64,000 nucleotides of DNA from Candidatus Bathyarchaeota archaeon (GTDB lineage: Archaea; Thermoproteota; Bathyarchaeia; 40CM-2-53-6): assembly GCA_963726255.1 (NCBI GenBank), contig CAVSBL010000002.1, positions 1,024,001 through 1,088,000 on the forward strand, written 5' to 3'. Below are positions 21,273 through 31,182 of the stretch, one piece after another; position 1 is the stretch's first letter; each line of letters starts with the position of its first letter. The notes under the pieces were generated by a model. It was not told where the DNA came from. It ran no database searches and saw nothing but the letters and a program-made list of their open reading frames with translations. The position numbers and the translations under genes were made by a program.

Positions 21273-22049
21273 ATGGTGACAGCAATGAAAGCGCTTCAGG
21301 TTAACAATGTGATGAAAAGTTTCGGCGGACTAATGGCGGTCAAAGGCGTCAGCTTTGATGTCGATAGCGGCCAAGTTCTCGGATTGCTAGGACCAAACGG
21401 GTCCGGCAAGTCCACGTTGATGAAAATCATAGTCGGGATCATGAAGCCGGACTCTGGCAGCATTTTGGTTCAGGGGGTGAATGTTGCCGAAGACCCCATC
21501 ACAGTCAAGAGAATGGTGGGTTTCGTGCCTGAGAGCCCTAGGCTGTATGAGTTTCTCACCGGGAACGAGTACCTTGACTTCGTTGCGGACGTCCACGGAC
21601 TCGAGGCGAGCGTCAAGCAGGAACGTATCACGGAATTCTTGAAGGCCTTGGACTTGGAGGGTAGAGAAAACGAGTTGATTCATGGCTACTCACAGGGCAT
21701 GAAACAGAAACTAGCAATCATAGCCGGCCTCCTGCACCGCCCCCAAATTCTAGTACTCGATGAACCCCTTAACGCCTTAGACCCTCGTAGCGCCCGCATA
21801 ACAAAAGACCTAATCCACAAACTTAGGGACGACGGCATCCCAACCATTTTCAGTACGCATGTTCTTGAGATTGCCGATGCCATTTGCGACCGAATCGTAA
21901 TCATGTATGACGGCAAGGTTCTGGAAGAAGGAACCTCAACGGAACTGAGGGCAAAAGGAGGGACATCAGGCTCAACACTCGAAGAAGTCTTCCTGAAGCT
22001 AACCGGAACCTCGGATACTCGGGAAATTGTAGAGGCACTGACCCGATGA
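21273..22049 (+). CDS. ABC transporter ATP-binding protein
   Basis: GPNGSGKS, YSQGMKQK, LDEP, STH. Confidence 0.95.
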   Translation: MVTAMKALQVNNVMKSFGGLMAVKGVSFDVDSGQVLGLLGPNGSGKSTLMKIIVGIMKPDSGSILVQGVNVAEDPITVKRMVGFVPESPRLYEFLTGNEYLDFVADVHGLEASVKQERITEFLKALDLEGRENELIHGYSQGMKQKLAIIAGLLHRPQILVLDEPLNALDPRSARITKDLIHKLRDDGIPTIFSTHVLEIADAICDRIVIMYDGKVLEEGTSTELRAKGGTSGSTLEEVFLKLTGTSDTREIVEALTR

Positions 22050-23674
22050 AAATCAGGACGGTATACAAGCTTGCCCTAGTCCTGACGCGCTCCCAAATCC
22101 GGGGAACTCAACGAAACAAAACTTTGGCACGCATCTTTGGCGAACCACGCACAATCATAATCGTAGATTTAGTCCTGCTGATTGCCCTGGGCGTCGCGGG
22201 TTATTCGCTGCTTTTGAGGGGCCCCCCATTCCTTGGCGAGACGATAGCCGGTATGGAGGCGAGCGCCTTAGCCGGGGTACCGGTCGGCATCGCTTCTGCG
22301 GTTATCCTTTTCGGAGTGCTCTATGAAATTAGCCAACCAATTCAGTCCCAAAGTACGGATGTCGTGAACTGGCTTCCAATCTCACCGACGGAGTACGTTG
22401 CAGGCTCCATACTATCCGAATCCTACATTTACTCATTCATGCTCAGCCTATCTCTGGGCCTCTTACTTGGGCCAGCATTAATTTTCGGGATGGGGCAAGT
22501 GTGGCTCGCGGCAGCCTTAATGGCGACTCTCGCCCTAGCGATTGGATCTTGCGTCGTTGAAGTTCTCGACGCGTTAACAAATCGAATCTCCTCGAGTTTC
22601 TACAAGAAGAGCGGACGGTCCGGTATGTTCGTCCGCCTCGTTCTGACCATAATAATATTGGTCTTCGTCCAATTGCTCTTCAGCGGACAGATAATCGGCT
22701 ATCTTCTGCAGAGCGTAATTCAAACAGTTAGGCTTGCGTGGTTTGTTCCCTTAGTGTGGCCTTCCGTTGCTGTGTTGGGCGCTTCCCAAGGGAACGGCTA
22801 CACATTCCTCGCATTCGCGAGCCTAAGCGTCGTCTTCACGCTAGCTTTGTTTGAAGTTGCAACAAACTTCCGCGCAAGGTTCTGGGTGCCTGTTCCCGTT
22901 GCGATCAGGCTCTCTGCTCAGACCTACCATGCCCCCCGCATACGCTTGCAGGTACCTTGGATTGGGCTTGGTGAATCAGCCATTCTCCGGAAAGACCTGC
23001 GTTCGCTGACGAGGAGAAGGGAGATGGCCAGGTTCTTAGCGATTCCTTTCGTCCTAGCTGTCTCCCTGGGCCTTTCATTCTTCCCCCTGGGGAGCGAGTC
23101 GATTGCTGACGCCCCTGGACTGTTGGTGACCGTTCCCATCTACTTGTTTCCCGTAGCGATTTTCGTCGGCCTCCTCTCAATGACCAGCATAGGCCAAGAG
23201 GGATACGCAGTGTGGAACCTGTACGCGGCGCCCATAAAACCAAGTAACCTACTGCGGGCGAAAATGCTGTTTGCCGCAGCCCTGGGCCTGCTATTCGTCG
23301 TGGGCCTGTTGGCCGTGTTCAGCCTAGTGCTGAAATCTCTCGTGACTTATTTCTGGGTTCTTCTTGCGCTCGGAATCGCAGTTGTATTTGAGGAGTCAGC
23401 GATCGGAATTTGTTTTGGGGCTCGATTTCCCGACTTTCGCGAAATGGTTCGAAGCAGGTACGTCAGTGTTTGGGGATCACTCCTAGGCATGCTGGTAGGG
23501 ATTAGTTCGGCAATGCTGACCGCTTCACCGATCATAATCTCGGTCCTGCGATACCACCTGATTCTACCTCAACTCGCCGCTCTCAGCTTCATATTTGCGT
23601 TTGCGGTGTTCGTTGTTGCATCCAAGCTCGCAAACGGTCAAATCAAGCTATTACTTCAGAACATTCGAACCTGA
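22046..23674 (+). CDS. ABC-2-type exporter permease
   Basis: Multi-TM protein overlapping the ATPase stop; two internal repeats (WLPISP / AAPIKP). Confidence 0.82.
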   Translation: MKIRTVYKLALVLTRSQIRGTQRNKTLARIFGEPRTIIIVDLVLLIALGVAGYSLLLRGPPFLGETIAGMEASALAGVPVGIASAVILFGVLYEISQPIQSQSTDVVNWLPISPTEYVAGSILSESYIYSFMLSLSLGLLLGPALIFGMGQVWLAAALMATLALAIGSCVVEVLDALTNRISSSFYKKSGRSGMFVRLVLTIIILVFVQLLFSGQIIGYLLQSVIQTVRLAWFVPLVWPSVAVLGASQGNGYTFLAFASLSVVFTLALFEVATNFRARFWVPVPVAIRLSAQTYHAPRIRLQVPWIGLGESAILRKDLRSLTRRREMARFLAIPFVLAVSLGLSFFPLGSESIADAPGLLVTVPIYLFPVAIFVGLLSMTSIGQEGYAVWNLYAAPIKPSNLLRAKMLFAAALGLLFVVGLLAVFSLVLKSLVTYFWVLLALGIAVVFEESAIGICFGARFPDFREMVRSRYVSVWGSLLGMLVGISSAMLTASPIIISVLRYHLILPQLAALSFIFAFAVFVVASKLANGQIKLLLQNIRT

Positions 23675-23687
23675 ACACGAGATCGTA

Positions 23688-23704
23688 TGGTGGGCCGGAC
23701 CGGA
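23688..23704 (-). repeat. 17-bp direct repeat of the tRNA-Val 3' end (att-like)
   Basis: TGGTGGGCCGGACCGGA identical to 29752-29768. Confidence 0.85.
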
Positions 23705-23760
23705 CTCACCCCTGCGCTGGGTCACGAAGATTCTACGACTGGACCGGAAAAAGTAAGGCC

Positions 23761-24429
23761 TCAGACCCAATCGAAGGTTAACCCAGCGAAAGCCACAAGC
23801 CCCATCCGAATGATCCGGCCCAGGAAGACCGATACAAGAAACAACCAGAGGGGTATCCCAAGTGCTCCAGCCAACAAGCCTGCAACATCGAATGCCGGGT
23901 TAGGAGGCGCTGATACTGCAAAAAGCACTAAGGCCGCCCTCCAAGGTTGGCGCATCTGCCTTTCAATCCAACCGCTAGCCCTAGTTTCTTTGACAGCTCT
24001 GTGGCTTGACCGCCCAACAAAATAGGCGACAGATTCACCAATCGCTGACCCAGCTGCCGCGGCTACGATCACTCCCCAGACGTTCAATGCTTGGGCTAGG
24101 CGGGCAATGACTGGATAGTATGGGACCGGTACGATGACAGTGGCATTCGCGAATGCCGCAACAACGAACGCTCCAACATACCCTAACCGTCCAAGGTGCG
24201 AGATAACTTCCGGAGGCAAGAGAACGTAGACTATTACATTCAGAACCAAGGCGACGAATCCGATTAGCAAAGGCAGTAACCAGCGGCGCCACCTCTTCCC
24301 CCTAACCTTTTGAGAGGGACCGGTGGCCGAAGAGCAAAACCCTACGATTGACTTCCTACCTATGAGCGAGTAACGCCAAAAAAAGTATGGCCGCTTCTCA
24401 ATAATCTTCACATCACCACTACAATTCAT
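23761..24429 (-). CDS. VTT/DedA (SNARE-associated) family membrane protein
   Basis: NATVIVPVP, GSAIGESVAYFVGR, PNPAFDVAGLLAG; true start probably downstream of the ORF-track start. Confidence 0.82.
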   Translation of the reverse strand: MNCSGDVKIIEKRPYFFWRYSLIGRKSIVGFCSSATGPSQKVRGKRWRRWLLPLLIGFVALVLNVIVYVLLPPEVISHLGRLGYVGAFVVAAFANATVIVPVPYYPVIARLAQALNVWGVIVAAAAGSAIGESVAYFVGRSSHRAVKETRASGWIERQMRQPWRAALVLFAVSAPPNPAFDVAGLLAGALGIPLWLFLVSVFLGRIIRMGLVAFAGLTFDWV

Positions 24430-24623
24430 AATATGAGAATTTCAAGGAAGAGAACGCCCAGAATGTATACCAGAAACGAAATGATGTCACCAAAGTACTT
24501 CCACATCTTGCCGAAGCGATGAGCTGACCACAGGACGACGAACAGCCAAAACATGATAGCGACAGCAACCCATGCTTCAGATCCCTGAGCTGGAATGGGG
24601 GTCTGCAACGCAATCTGTGACAC
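24426..24623 (-). CDS. Small two-TM membrane protein
   Basis: 65 aa hydrophobic ORF. Confidence 0.5.
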   Translation of the reverse strand: MSQIALQTPIPAQGSEAWVAVAIMFWLFVVLWSAHRFGKMWKYFGDIISFLVYILGVLFLEILIL

Positions 24624-25022
24624 TCGCTCTCACGTCGCTGTGAATGATAAATTGATAGATTTAGATTATCTCATCAGTTTTCAGTCAGTGCAGCAATGAT
24701 TCTATTCTGAACTTGACCTAGCCTACTGCTAGGATATGGCAGACGGACAAGGTGGGGGTCCCCATCTCCGTCCATGTCTGAGGTTGAGGCGCAAGTTCGC
24801 TCATTGATGCCTCAGAGGTTAACCCATGACCCTTATGAGAGTTCGGCGAACACGAAGAGGCTGCTCCCCGACTTTGACTTGTTTTGGCGGGGAAGATTCA
24901 TCATCGGTTTGCGGGACTGTTCGCAACCTGATTGGCATGTGCGTTAAGCTGGATGTTCTCTATTCGAATATAGAGGGTATATGCCGTAATCTTAAGAGAA
25001 ATCTCAACCTCAACTTCCGCGT

Positions 25023-25349
25023 TTGAGAATGCCTTACCTGGTTCTGAACTACAGCAGGTGTGACGGAAATGGTGCGTGTGTAAGCAGTTGCCCTAGCTCG
25101 GTCTTTGAACTGTCGAGCAACGGGCGATGGTGCAAGCCCACAGACACTTCTGTGAAGAACAGTATAGCGCTCGAAAGCTTCTATGAACGCATCCTATCGT
25201 CAGACAGGCTAGTCAACTTAGCTATCCGGTACCATGTACCAGACTGCTATCTTTGCTGGCAATGCATCGGCGCCTGCCCAAACAAAGCCATCGATGTCGA
25301 GTATGATGACTTGGATATTCGAGAACATCTTCTGACAGTAAGCGGTTGA
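25023..25349 (+). CDS. 4Fe-4S dicluster ferredoxin with an internal insert
   Basis: CDGNGACVSSCP and CYLCWQCIGACP. Confidence 0.8.
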   Translation: MRMPYLVLNYSRCDGNGACVSSCPSSVFELSSNGRWCKPTDTSVKNSIALESFYERILSSDRLVNLAIRYHVPDCYLCWQCIGACPNKAIDVEYDDLDIREHLLTVSG

Positions 25350-25374
25350 CCATTCCAGAATAGGGTATGTCCAC

Positions 25375-26985
25375 TTGAAGGGCGACAGGATAACGCAGCA
25401 CCCCGTGGTTACGTTTGACCGCGGAAGCAGAGTCATATTCTATTTCGAAGACAAACCAATCGAGGCTTACGGTAACGAGACAGTTGCGGCTGCACTCTAC
25501 GCAAACGGATTGCGGATATTCAGTCGCAGCATGAAGTACCACCGCCCAAGGGGTTTCTTCTGCGCCATTGGGCGTTGTTCGGCCTGCATGATGACCGTGG
25601 ACAATGTCCCAAACGTCCGGACCTGCATGGTTAACGTGAAGGAAGGAATGCGCGTCACGCGGCAAAGCGGCTTTCCCAATGCCGACCACGACTTGCTGTC
25701 TGTCATGGACAAGTTGGGATTTTACTTCTCCTTGGCCTCCGGCTTCTACCACAGAAAATTGATCCGCCCTGCCTTTCTAAGGCAAACTTACCTCAAGATC
25801 CTCACCAAGTTTGTGGGACTAGGGCGTCTCCCGGCAAAGGAATTGACTAGCAAAGCGGAGAACTCGAAACTCTCGATGGAGACAGATGTTGTCATAATCG
25901 GAGGAGGCCCCGCCGGCCTAACCGCCGCTCTCGAAGCTGGGAAGAGGTGCCCGAATGTGGTCTTGATTGATGATAAGAGGATGCTTGGAGGACAGCTTGT
26001 CAAACAGACGCACCGGTTCTTCGGCGACGCACGACACTACGCAGGTGTCAGGGGAATCCGGATCGCGGAAAGGTTGACAAAACAGATTCGCGAATTGCCG
26101 AACGTTACAACCTTTCTCGATTCTGACGTATTCGGTATCTACGATAGACACATCGTCGCGGCTGCGCTAGAAAATCGCTTACTTAAGATCCGCGGCAAGA
26201 AGATCATCATTGCGACCGGAGCATACGAAAGAACACTAGTCTTCGAGAACAATGACCTTCCGGGAGTTTACGGAGCCGGCGGTGTCCAAACGCTGATGAA
26301 CACCTATGGAATCAAGCCAGGCACAAGAGCACTTGTTGTTGGAACGGGGAACGTTGGCCTCATTCTCTCATACCAGCTGCTCCAAGCTGGCGTGAACGTT
26401 GTGGCCATGGTGGAAGCTCTCCCCCGGATAGGTGGATACTTGGTTCACGCCGCCAAGGTTCGGCGTCAAGGCGTCGAAATCCTGACCTCGCACACAGTTA
26501 TCAAGGCATTAGGGCGAGGCAAGGTTCAGGGCGCTATCATAGCGAAGATCGACAACTCTTTCAACCCAATTCCGGGGACCGAGCGGAAAGTCGACTGTGA
26601 TTTCATCTGTATCGCAGTCGGACTAACGCCCACCTACGAGCACGCGTCCCAAGCAGGTGCACAACTGCAGTTCGTGCCAGAACTTGGTGGATTCGTGGCT
26701 CGTAGAACGAAGTTCATGGAAGTCGCCGATGGAGTCTACGTTGCCGGTGACGTTTCAGGAATCGAGGAAGCGACGACCGCAATGCTCGAAGGGCAGATCG
26801 TTGGTCTCCACGCGGCCCTCACCTTGGGATATGGGCTTCCAAGCGACGAAGAGAAACTGGAGGCCTGGATCAAGCAGCTCAACGACGAACGTTCAGGGCC
26901 TTTCGGCGAAAAGATCCGCCGGGGGCTGCAGAAGGTCATGTTACCAGAGGATATGAAGCTTGGAGTCAAAGCAACAGTATCTTAG
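25375..26985 (+). CDS. Sarcosine oxidase / dye-linked proline dehydrogenase alpha-like subunit
   Basis: YHRPRGFFCAIGRCSAC..VRTC 2Fe-2S motif, GGGPAG, ATGAYER, NNDLPGV. Confidence 0.9.
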   Translation: MKGDRITQHPVVTFDRGSRVIFYFEDKPIEAYGNETVAAALYANGLRIFSRSMKYHRPRGFFCAIGRCSACMMTVDNVPNVRTCMVNVKEGMRVTRQSGFPNADHDLLSVMDKLGFYFSLASGFYHRKLIRPAFLRQTYLKILTKFVGLGRLPAKELTSKAENSKLSMETDVVIIGGGPAGLTAALEAGKRCPNVVLIDDKRMLGGQLVKQTHRFFGDARHYAGVRGIRIAERLTKQIRELPNVTTFLDSDVFGIYDRHIVAAALENRLLKIRGKKIIIATGAYERTLVFENNDLPGVYGAGGVQTLMNTYGIKPGTRALVVGTGNVGLILSYQLLQAGVNVVAMVEALPRIGGYLVHAAKVRRQGVEILTSHTVIKALGRGKVQGAIIAKIDNSFNPIPGTERKVDCDFICIAVGLTPTYEHASQAGAQLQFVPELGGFVARRTKFMEVADGVYVAGDVSGIEEATTAMLEGQIVGLHAALTLGYGLPSDEEKLEAWIKQLNDERSGPFGEKIRRGLQKVMLPEDMKLGVKATVS

Positions 26986-27466
26986 CGACGGGATCATCAG
27001 GCTCGAAGACCTGTTGCCTTCGGGGTCTGTTCCTCCTGCAAAACGGCTAAGGGATAAACGGCCTGCAGCAATGATTGAATGCATCGAGGAGATTCCATGC
27101 AATTCATGCGCCATCGCCTGCAAACTTGGCGCCATACAGATGGCAACAGTCAACGACATACCGAAAGTCGATTATGACAAATGTACAGGTTGCATGGCCT
27201 GCGTCATGGTGTGCCCAGGCTTAGCAGTCTTTCTTCTGAGGGCTGCGAACGGAGTCGGGTACGTCACGTTACCGTACGAGTTCCTACCAATTCCGAAAGT
27301 CGGAGAACAAGTAAAAACCCTCAGCCGCGAAGGGACTGTTCTTGGCAAAAGCAGAGTAGCACGAGTCCTACCTCCTGAACGCAACGACGGGACGGCTTTG
27401 GTCACAATAGAGGTTCCGGAGGATTGGCTCTTCGAAGCGAGGGCGATCAAGGTAGAGGGATCATGA
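26960..27466 (+). CDS. 4Fe-4S subunit (PDH gamma-like)
   Basis: ECIEEIPCNSCAIAC, CTGCMACVMVCPGLA, PYEFLP. Confidence 0.88.
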   Translation: MESKQQYLSDGIIRLEDLLPSGSVPPAKRLRDKRPAAMIECIEEIPCNSCAIACKLGAIQMATVNDIPKVDYDKCTGCMACVMVCPGLAVFLLRAANGVGYVTLPYEFLPIPKVGEQVKTLSREGTVLGKSRVARVLPPERNDGTALVTIEVPEDWLFEARAIKVEGS

Positions 27467-27744
27467 TGGGAAAGAAGTTCGTCTGCTACTGTGAAGATCT
27501 AACAGAAGAGGACGTGCTGAAAGCCATACGCCTAGGCTACAACGACATCGAAGTTCTCAAGAGGTATACAGGATTCTCCACCGGCCCATGCCAAGGCAAA
27601 ACATGCCTGCTCCAAGTCCTGAGATTGCTCGCCGCAGAGAAGAAACTGAAGCCGTCTGACCAACACATGACCACTCAAAGGCCACTAATCGACCCAGTGC
27701 GACTTGGTGTATTAGCTGGAGACAAGATGAAGTGCACGTCGTAA
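27463..27744 (+). CDS. BFD-like (2Fe-2S) small subunit (PDH delta-like)
   Basis: CYCEDLT, LKRYT..TGPCQGKTC, TQRP. Confidence 0.88.
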   Translation: MMGKKFVCYCEDLTEEDVLKAIRLGYNDIEVLKRYTGFSTGPCQGKTCLLQVLRLLAAEKKLKPSDQHMTTQRPLIDPVRLGVLAGDKMKCTS

Positions 27745-28849
27745 TTGTCGGCGCGGGGATACTTGGTCTAAGCATTGCGTACAACCTGGCCAAGCGCGGC
27801 GCCGACGTTACCGTTCTCGAGAGACGGTACCCGGGAAGTGGAATCAGCGTAAGAGCGCTCGGAGCGGTCCACACCCAATGGGGGAATGAACACGACATCA
27901 ATCTTGCTAAGAAGAACCGAGAGATCACGGACCGCCTTTCATCTGACCTCAACTTCAACATTCTATTTCGACGTGACGGATATCTCATGCTTGCGAGTGA
28001 CAAAGAGAGACTGGCCGAGCTTGATCGGAATGCGGACCTGCAACGCTCACTAGGAGTTGACACAACGGTTCTCTCACCTGAAGAGATTCAAGACCGCTAC
28101 CCATTCCTGGATACCTCCTCGATCGTAGGCGGCACTCTCTCAAAGGGCGACGGCTCTATGCATCCGTTCTCGGTTGTGAATGGCCTTTGGAGCGGTTTAG
28201 AAGAGAGGCAAGGCAAAGTAGTCAGGCCGACAACCGTGAAAGCGCTTCATGTCAATGGGGACCGAATATCTTCAGCCGAGACTGATCACGATACCTACAA
28301 GGCAGATGCCTATGTCGTGGCTGCAGGGACTGGATCTCGGGAAATCCTTCGAACAATCAGACTTGACGTGCCCACCCGACTTGTGAAGCATGAGATGCTT
28401 GCAACTGAACCTCTAAGGTTCTTCCTGAAACCCATGATCCAATCGTACCGCGAAGGGATCGCCATCGCACAAAGCCTCCGCGGGAAATACTGTGCCAACT
28501 TCCGACAAGAGGAGAGAAAATTCTGAACGATAACTCATCTACCTTGGAATTCTTAGAGGAGGCTGCAACAGAGCTCGTTCACTTGATACCAACTCTTCGG
28601 GAAGTCAAGGTCTTGAGGCCATGGGCAGGATTGGTTGAGACAACGCGCGACTTTGACCCTGTCACGGGGAGGTTCGTGTACAAAAACCTCTGGGTGGCTT
28701 TTGCAGATTCAGGCAAGGGTGTAATGTTCGCCCCAGCTATCGGAGAGATGATGGCTGAGGAGATTCTCTCCGGAAAATCCAACCCAGACTTAGTACCTTA
28801 CTCGCCAGTCAGACTCCTCTCGCAGCCAAGCATGTTTCGGCACCACTAG
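27732..28849 (+). CDS. FAD-dependent oxidoreductase beta subunit (DadA/SoxB-like); 1-bp frameshift at the G-run 28482-28484
   Basis: VIVGAGILG...; adding one G joins QSLRG|EILCQLP...EFLEEAA...LRPWAG...KGVMFAPAIG. Confidence 0.88.
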
Positions 28850-29057
28850 ACCCACACGAAAACTACGGTTCAAATTGCGTTGCACCTTCGCAGCCTAACC
28901 ATCTTGGAGACAGCGTGGATTAGGTTATGAATTGTAGAGGTACTTTGTCTCCCTATGTTGCGTGGGGCTGGGTAAGTTCGAAATCATACAGAGAAAATCC
29001 CGCACCTACCGTGCTTGACTGCGATTATCTAGGCGGAGTGGGTTTGCTGAAAGTCAG

Positions 29058-29258
29058 CTATTTGCGTGTCCCGAACCAATATCCTACGGAGAGAGTTACG
29101 AGACTGTCGAAGAAAATCGGGCTGGCGTAGTCATGTGTTTGGTATCGCACTACGAAATCAAACACTATGAGAAGCACAGTTATTGCTCCAACCCAAGATG
29201 TTGTCACGATACTTTGCCAAAATCCCGGTTGGGCGGCTTTGGGTTTAGGTTTAGGCAA
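29058..29258 (-). CDS. Small two-TM hypothetical protein
   Basis: 66 aa; basic N-terminus, two hydrophobic helices ending VGYWFG. Confidence 0.5.
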   Translation of the reverse strand: MPKPKPKAAQPGFWQSIVTTSWVGAITVLLIVFDFVVRYQTHDYASPIFFDSLVTLSVGYWFGTRK

Positions 29259-29426
29259 ATTTTATCATCATAAAGTTCGTAATGCACCGTTAATAGGAGT
29301 TTCCGTATTTTCACCGATAGCTAGGTCGGACAAGAACCGCCCTTTATGCGCCTGCTCTCAGCCAAATAGCAACCTACTTTTCCACCTGCGAGCAGAGCCT
29401 AAGAAACTTGGGTAAGGGGCAGCCAA

Positions 29427-29699
29427 ATGAAGAACGCTGACTATGCTATATACATAACAACCAAGCATGGACGAACTTGGAGATACATCAAAGAGGGCAA
29501 CGATTGGACGCAGACCGCGCCAACGGGAATAGTAAGACGACTTAGTGCCGAGCGAGTGTTATCGCATATTTTACCGCCACTTGCATCAGACCAGCCTTGG
29601 CTCAGTGTAAGAGTAGAACGCTCTAAGTGGGGAAATAGAAAATTAGCTAACACTCGATCGTGTCTTCGTGAGCCTTGGAAGAAAAGGAGTCAAGCGTAA
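29427..29699 (+). CDS. Hypothetical protein
   Basis: 90 aa ATG-started ORF with protein-like composition; no recognised family. Confidence 0.5.
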   Translation: MKNADYAIYITTKHGRTWRYIKEGNDWTQTAPTGIVRRLSAERVLSHILPPLASDQPWLSVRVERSKWGNRKLANTRSCLREPWKKRSQA

Positions 29700-29751
29700 G
29701 CGGAGTGGAGAGCGCCGGCTTAGAATGAGGGATGGTCGCGGGTTCGTCATG

Positions 29752-29849
29752 TGGTGGGCCGGACCGGATTTGAACCGGCGACCTTTGCCGTGTAAGGGCA
29801 ACGTTCAGGCCAGACCGTACGTCTTCTAACCAGGCTGAACTACCGGCCC
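29752..29849 (-). tRNA. tRNA-Val(TAC) with encoded CCA and a 20-nt intron at 22/23 (29806-29825)
   Basis: Spliced form folds as GGGCCGG/CCGGCCC, GTTC/GAAC, TTGCC-CTTACAC-GGCAA, GCCGG-TTCAAAT-CCGGT, ACCA. Confidence 0.95.
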
Positions 29850-29996
29850 ACTTGTTCCGAGAACGTTCCTTGGGCCGTATAATTTGCCTTATTGAAGTTT
29901 CTCATGAACCGCCTTGCCCCAATGTTGAATGCGAGGTGAACCAGCAACCCGCACCGCAAGGCATCGCGAGCCATTAAGTTCTAAGTTTGAAACCGG

Positions 29997-30971
29997 TTGA
30001 AGGAACCATTTTATACGGTCCCGGAGGTAGACCGGCGGGGACCGTACGTGGTAGTGAAGGAACACGTTGTCTACGTGGACGGGGAATGGCACCCGAAATC
30101 TCGTGCGTCAGTTTCCGTTTTCGACCACGGCTTGCTGTACGGTGACGGCGTATTCGAAGGCATCCGAGCATACAACGGAGTCATCTTCCAGTTCAAGGAA
30201 CACCTAGAACGCCTTTACAGTTCCGCAAAATCGATCAGACTCCAAATCCCGCTTCCCCCAGAAGACATGACGCGGGCAGTAGTTGAGACCATCAAAAGAA
30301 ACGGCCTGAAAGACGCCTACATACGTTTGGTTGTCACGAGAGGCGTTGGCGACCTAGGCGTAGATCCGAGGAAGTGCCGAAAGGCTTCGGTAATAATCAT
30401 AACAGAGTACGCGGACCCAGCGTTCGGCGCGATTGCGAAACAGAGGGGAATTTCAGTCATCATCTCGTCGGTTCGACGCGACGCAGTCGACGCCACTACC
30501 CATGAAATAAAATCGCTAAACTATCTGAACAGCGTTCTGGCTAAACTTGAAGCCGTCGATGCTGGCGCAGACGACGCCCTGATGCTAGATCGGAACGGGT
30601 TCGTATCCGAAGCCACGACAACGAACCTCTTCATTGCGAAGAAGGGCGAAATATTCACACCCCCCTCAACTGCCGCCATCCTCTCAGGCGTTACGAGGAA
30701 ACGGATCATCAAGCTGGCAAGAGAATTAGATTACCGGGTCGTCGAGAAAGGGCTTACACCCTACGACGTAACGAACGCTGACGAAGCGTTCCTAACAGGA
30801 ACGTTGTCCGAAGTTGTCCCGCTCGTGAAGGTGAGGGGCATAGAAATCGCCGACGGGAAAGTGGGACCCATAACAAGGAAGATTATGGAAGCATTCGTGA
30901 AAATACGGGCAGATCCCAAGGACGGCCTACCAATTTACCAAGAAACCGAACGAATCATGGCCCGCCGATAG
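29997..30971 (+). CDS. ilvE: Branched-chain amino acid aminotransferase
   Basis: DHGLLYGDGVFEGIRAY, YIRLVVTRG, IKSLNYLN, ILSGVTR, DEAFLTGT. Confidence 0.95.
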   Translation: MKEPFYTVPEVDRRGPYVVVKEHVVYVDGEWHPKSRASVSVFDHGLLYGDGVFEGIRAYNGVIFQFKEHLERLYSSAKSIRLQIPLPPEDMTRAVVETIKRNGLKDAYIRLVVTRGVGDLGVDPRKCRKASVIIITEYADPAFGAIAKQRGISVIISSVRRDAVDATTHEIKSLNYLNSVLAKLEAVDAGADDALMLDRNGFVSEATTTNLFIAKKGEIFTPPSTAAILSGVTRKRIIKLARELDYRVVEKGLTPYDVTNADEAFLTGTLSEVVPLVKVRGIEIADGKVGPITRKIMEAFVKIRADPKDGLPIYQETERIMARR

Positions 30972-31038
30972 GAACAAACCACAGAAGCAACCCTCAGCCG
31001 TTCTTAGCGACGACGCAACACCAGTTCCATTAGGCGCT

Positions 31039-31088
31039 GGTTCTGTTAAGTTGACGGTTCATCGGTTCTGCTAGAGTTACTCAGAACC
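31039..31088. mobile_element. 50-bp IS6-type remnant/mini element
   Basis: Ends GGTTCTG...CAGAACC are inverted; left flank TAGGCGCT (31031-38), right flank TAGGCGC (31089-95). Confidence 0.6.
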
Positions 31089-31182
31089 TAGGCGCGGCTT
31101 TGTTGCGTCCTTGGGACACGAGCAAGGGCGTTGCAAAGTGGGACATGGCTTAATGCGGCACTTAAATCCCTATCGGGAGTGA

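Noticed and set aside
29700-29746. tRNA-like words AGAGCGCCGGCTT and GGTCGCGGGTTCG on the + strand
   Set aside because: No acceptor stem, anticodon stem or complete T-arm can be folded.
23688-29768. Provirus at tRNA-Val
   Set aside because: No integrase, capsid, packaging or replication genes lie in the interval.
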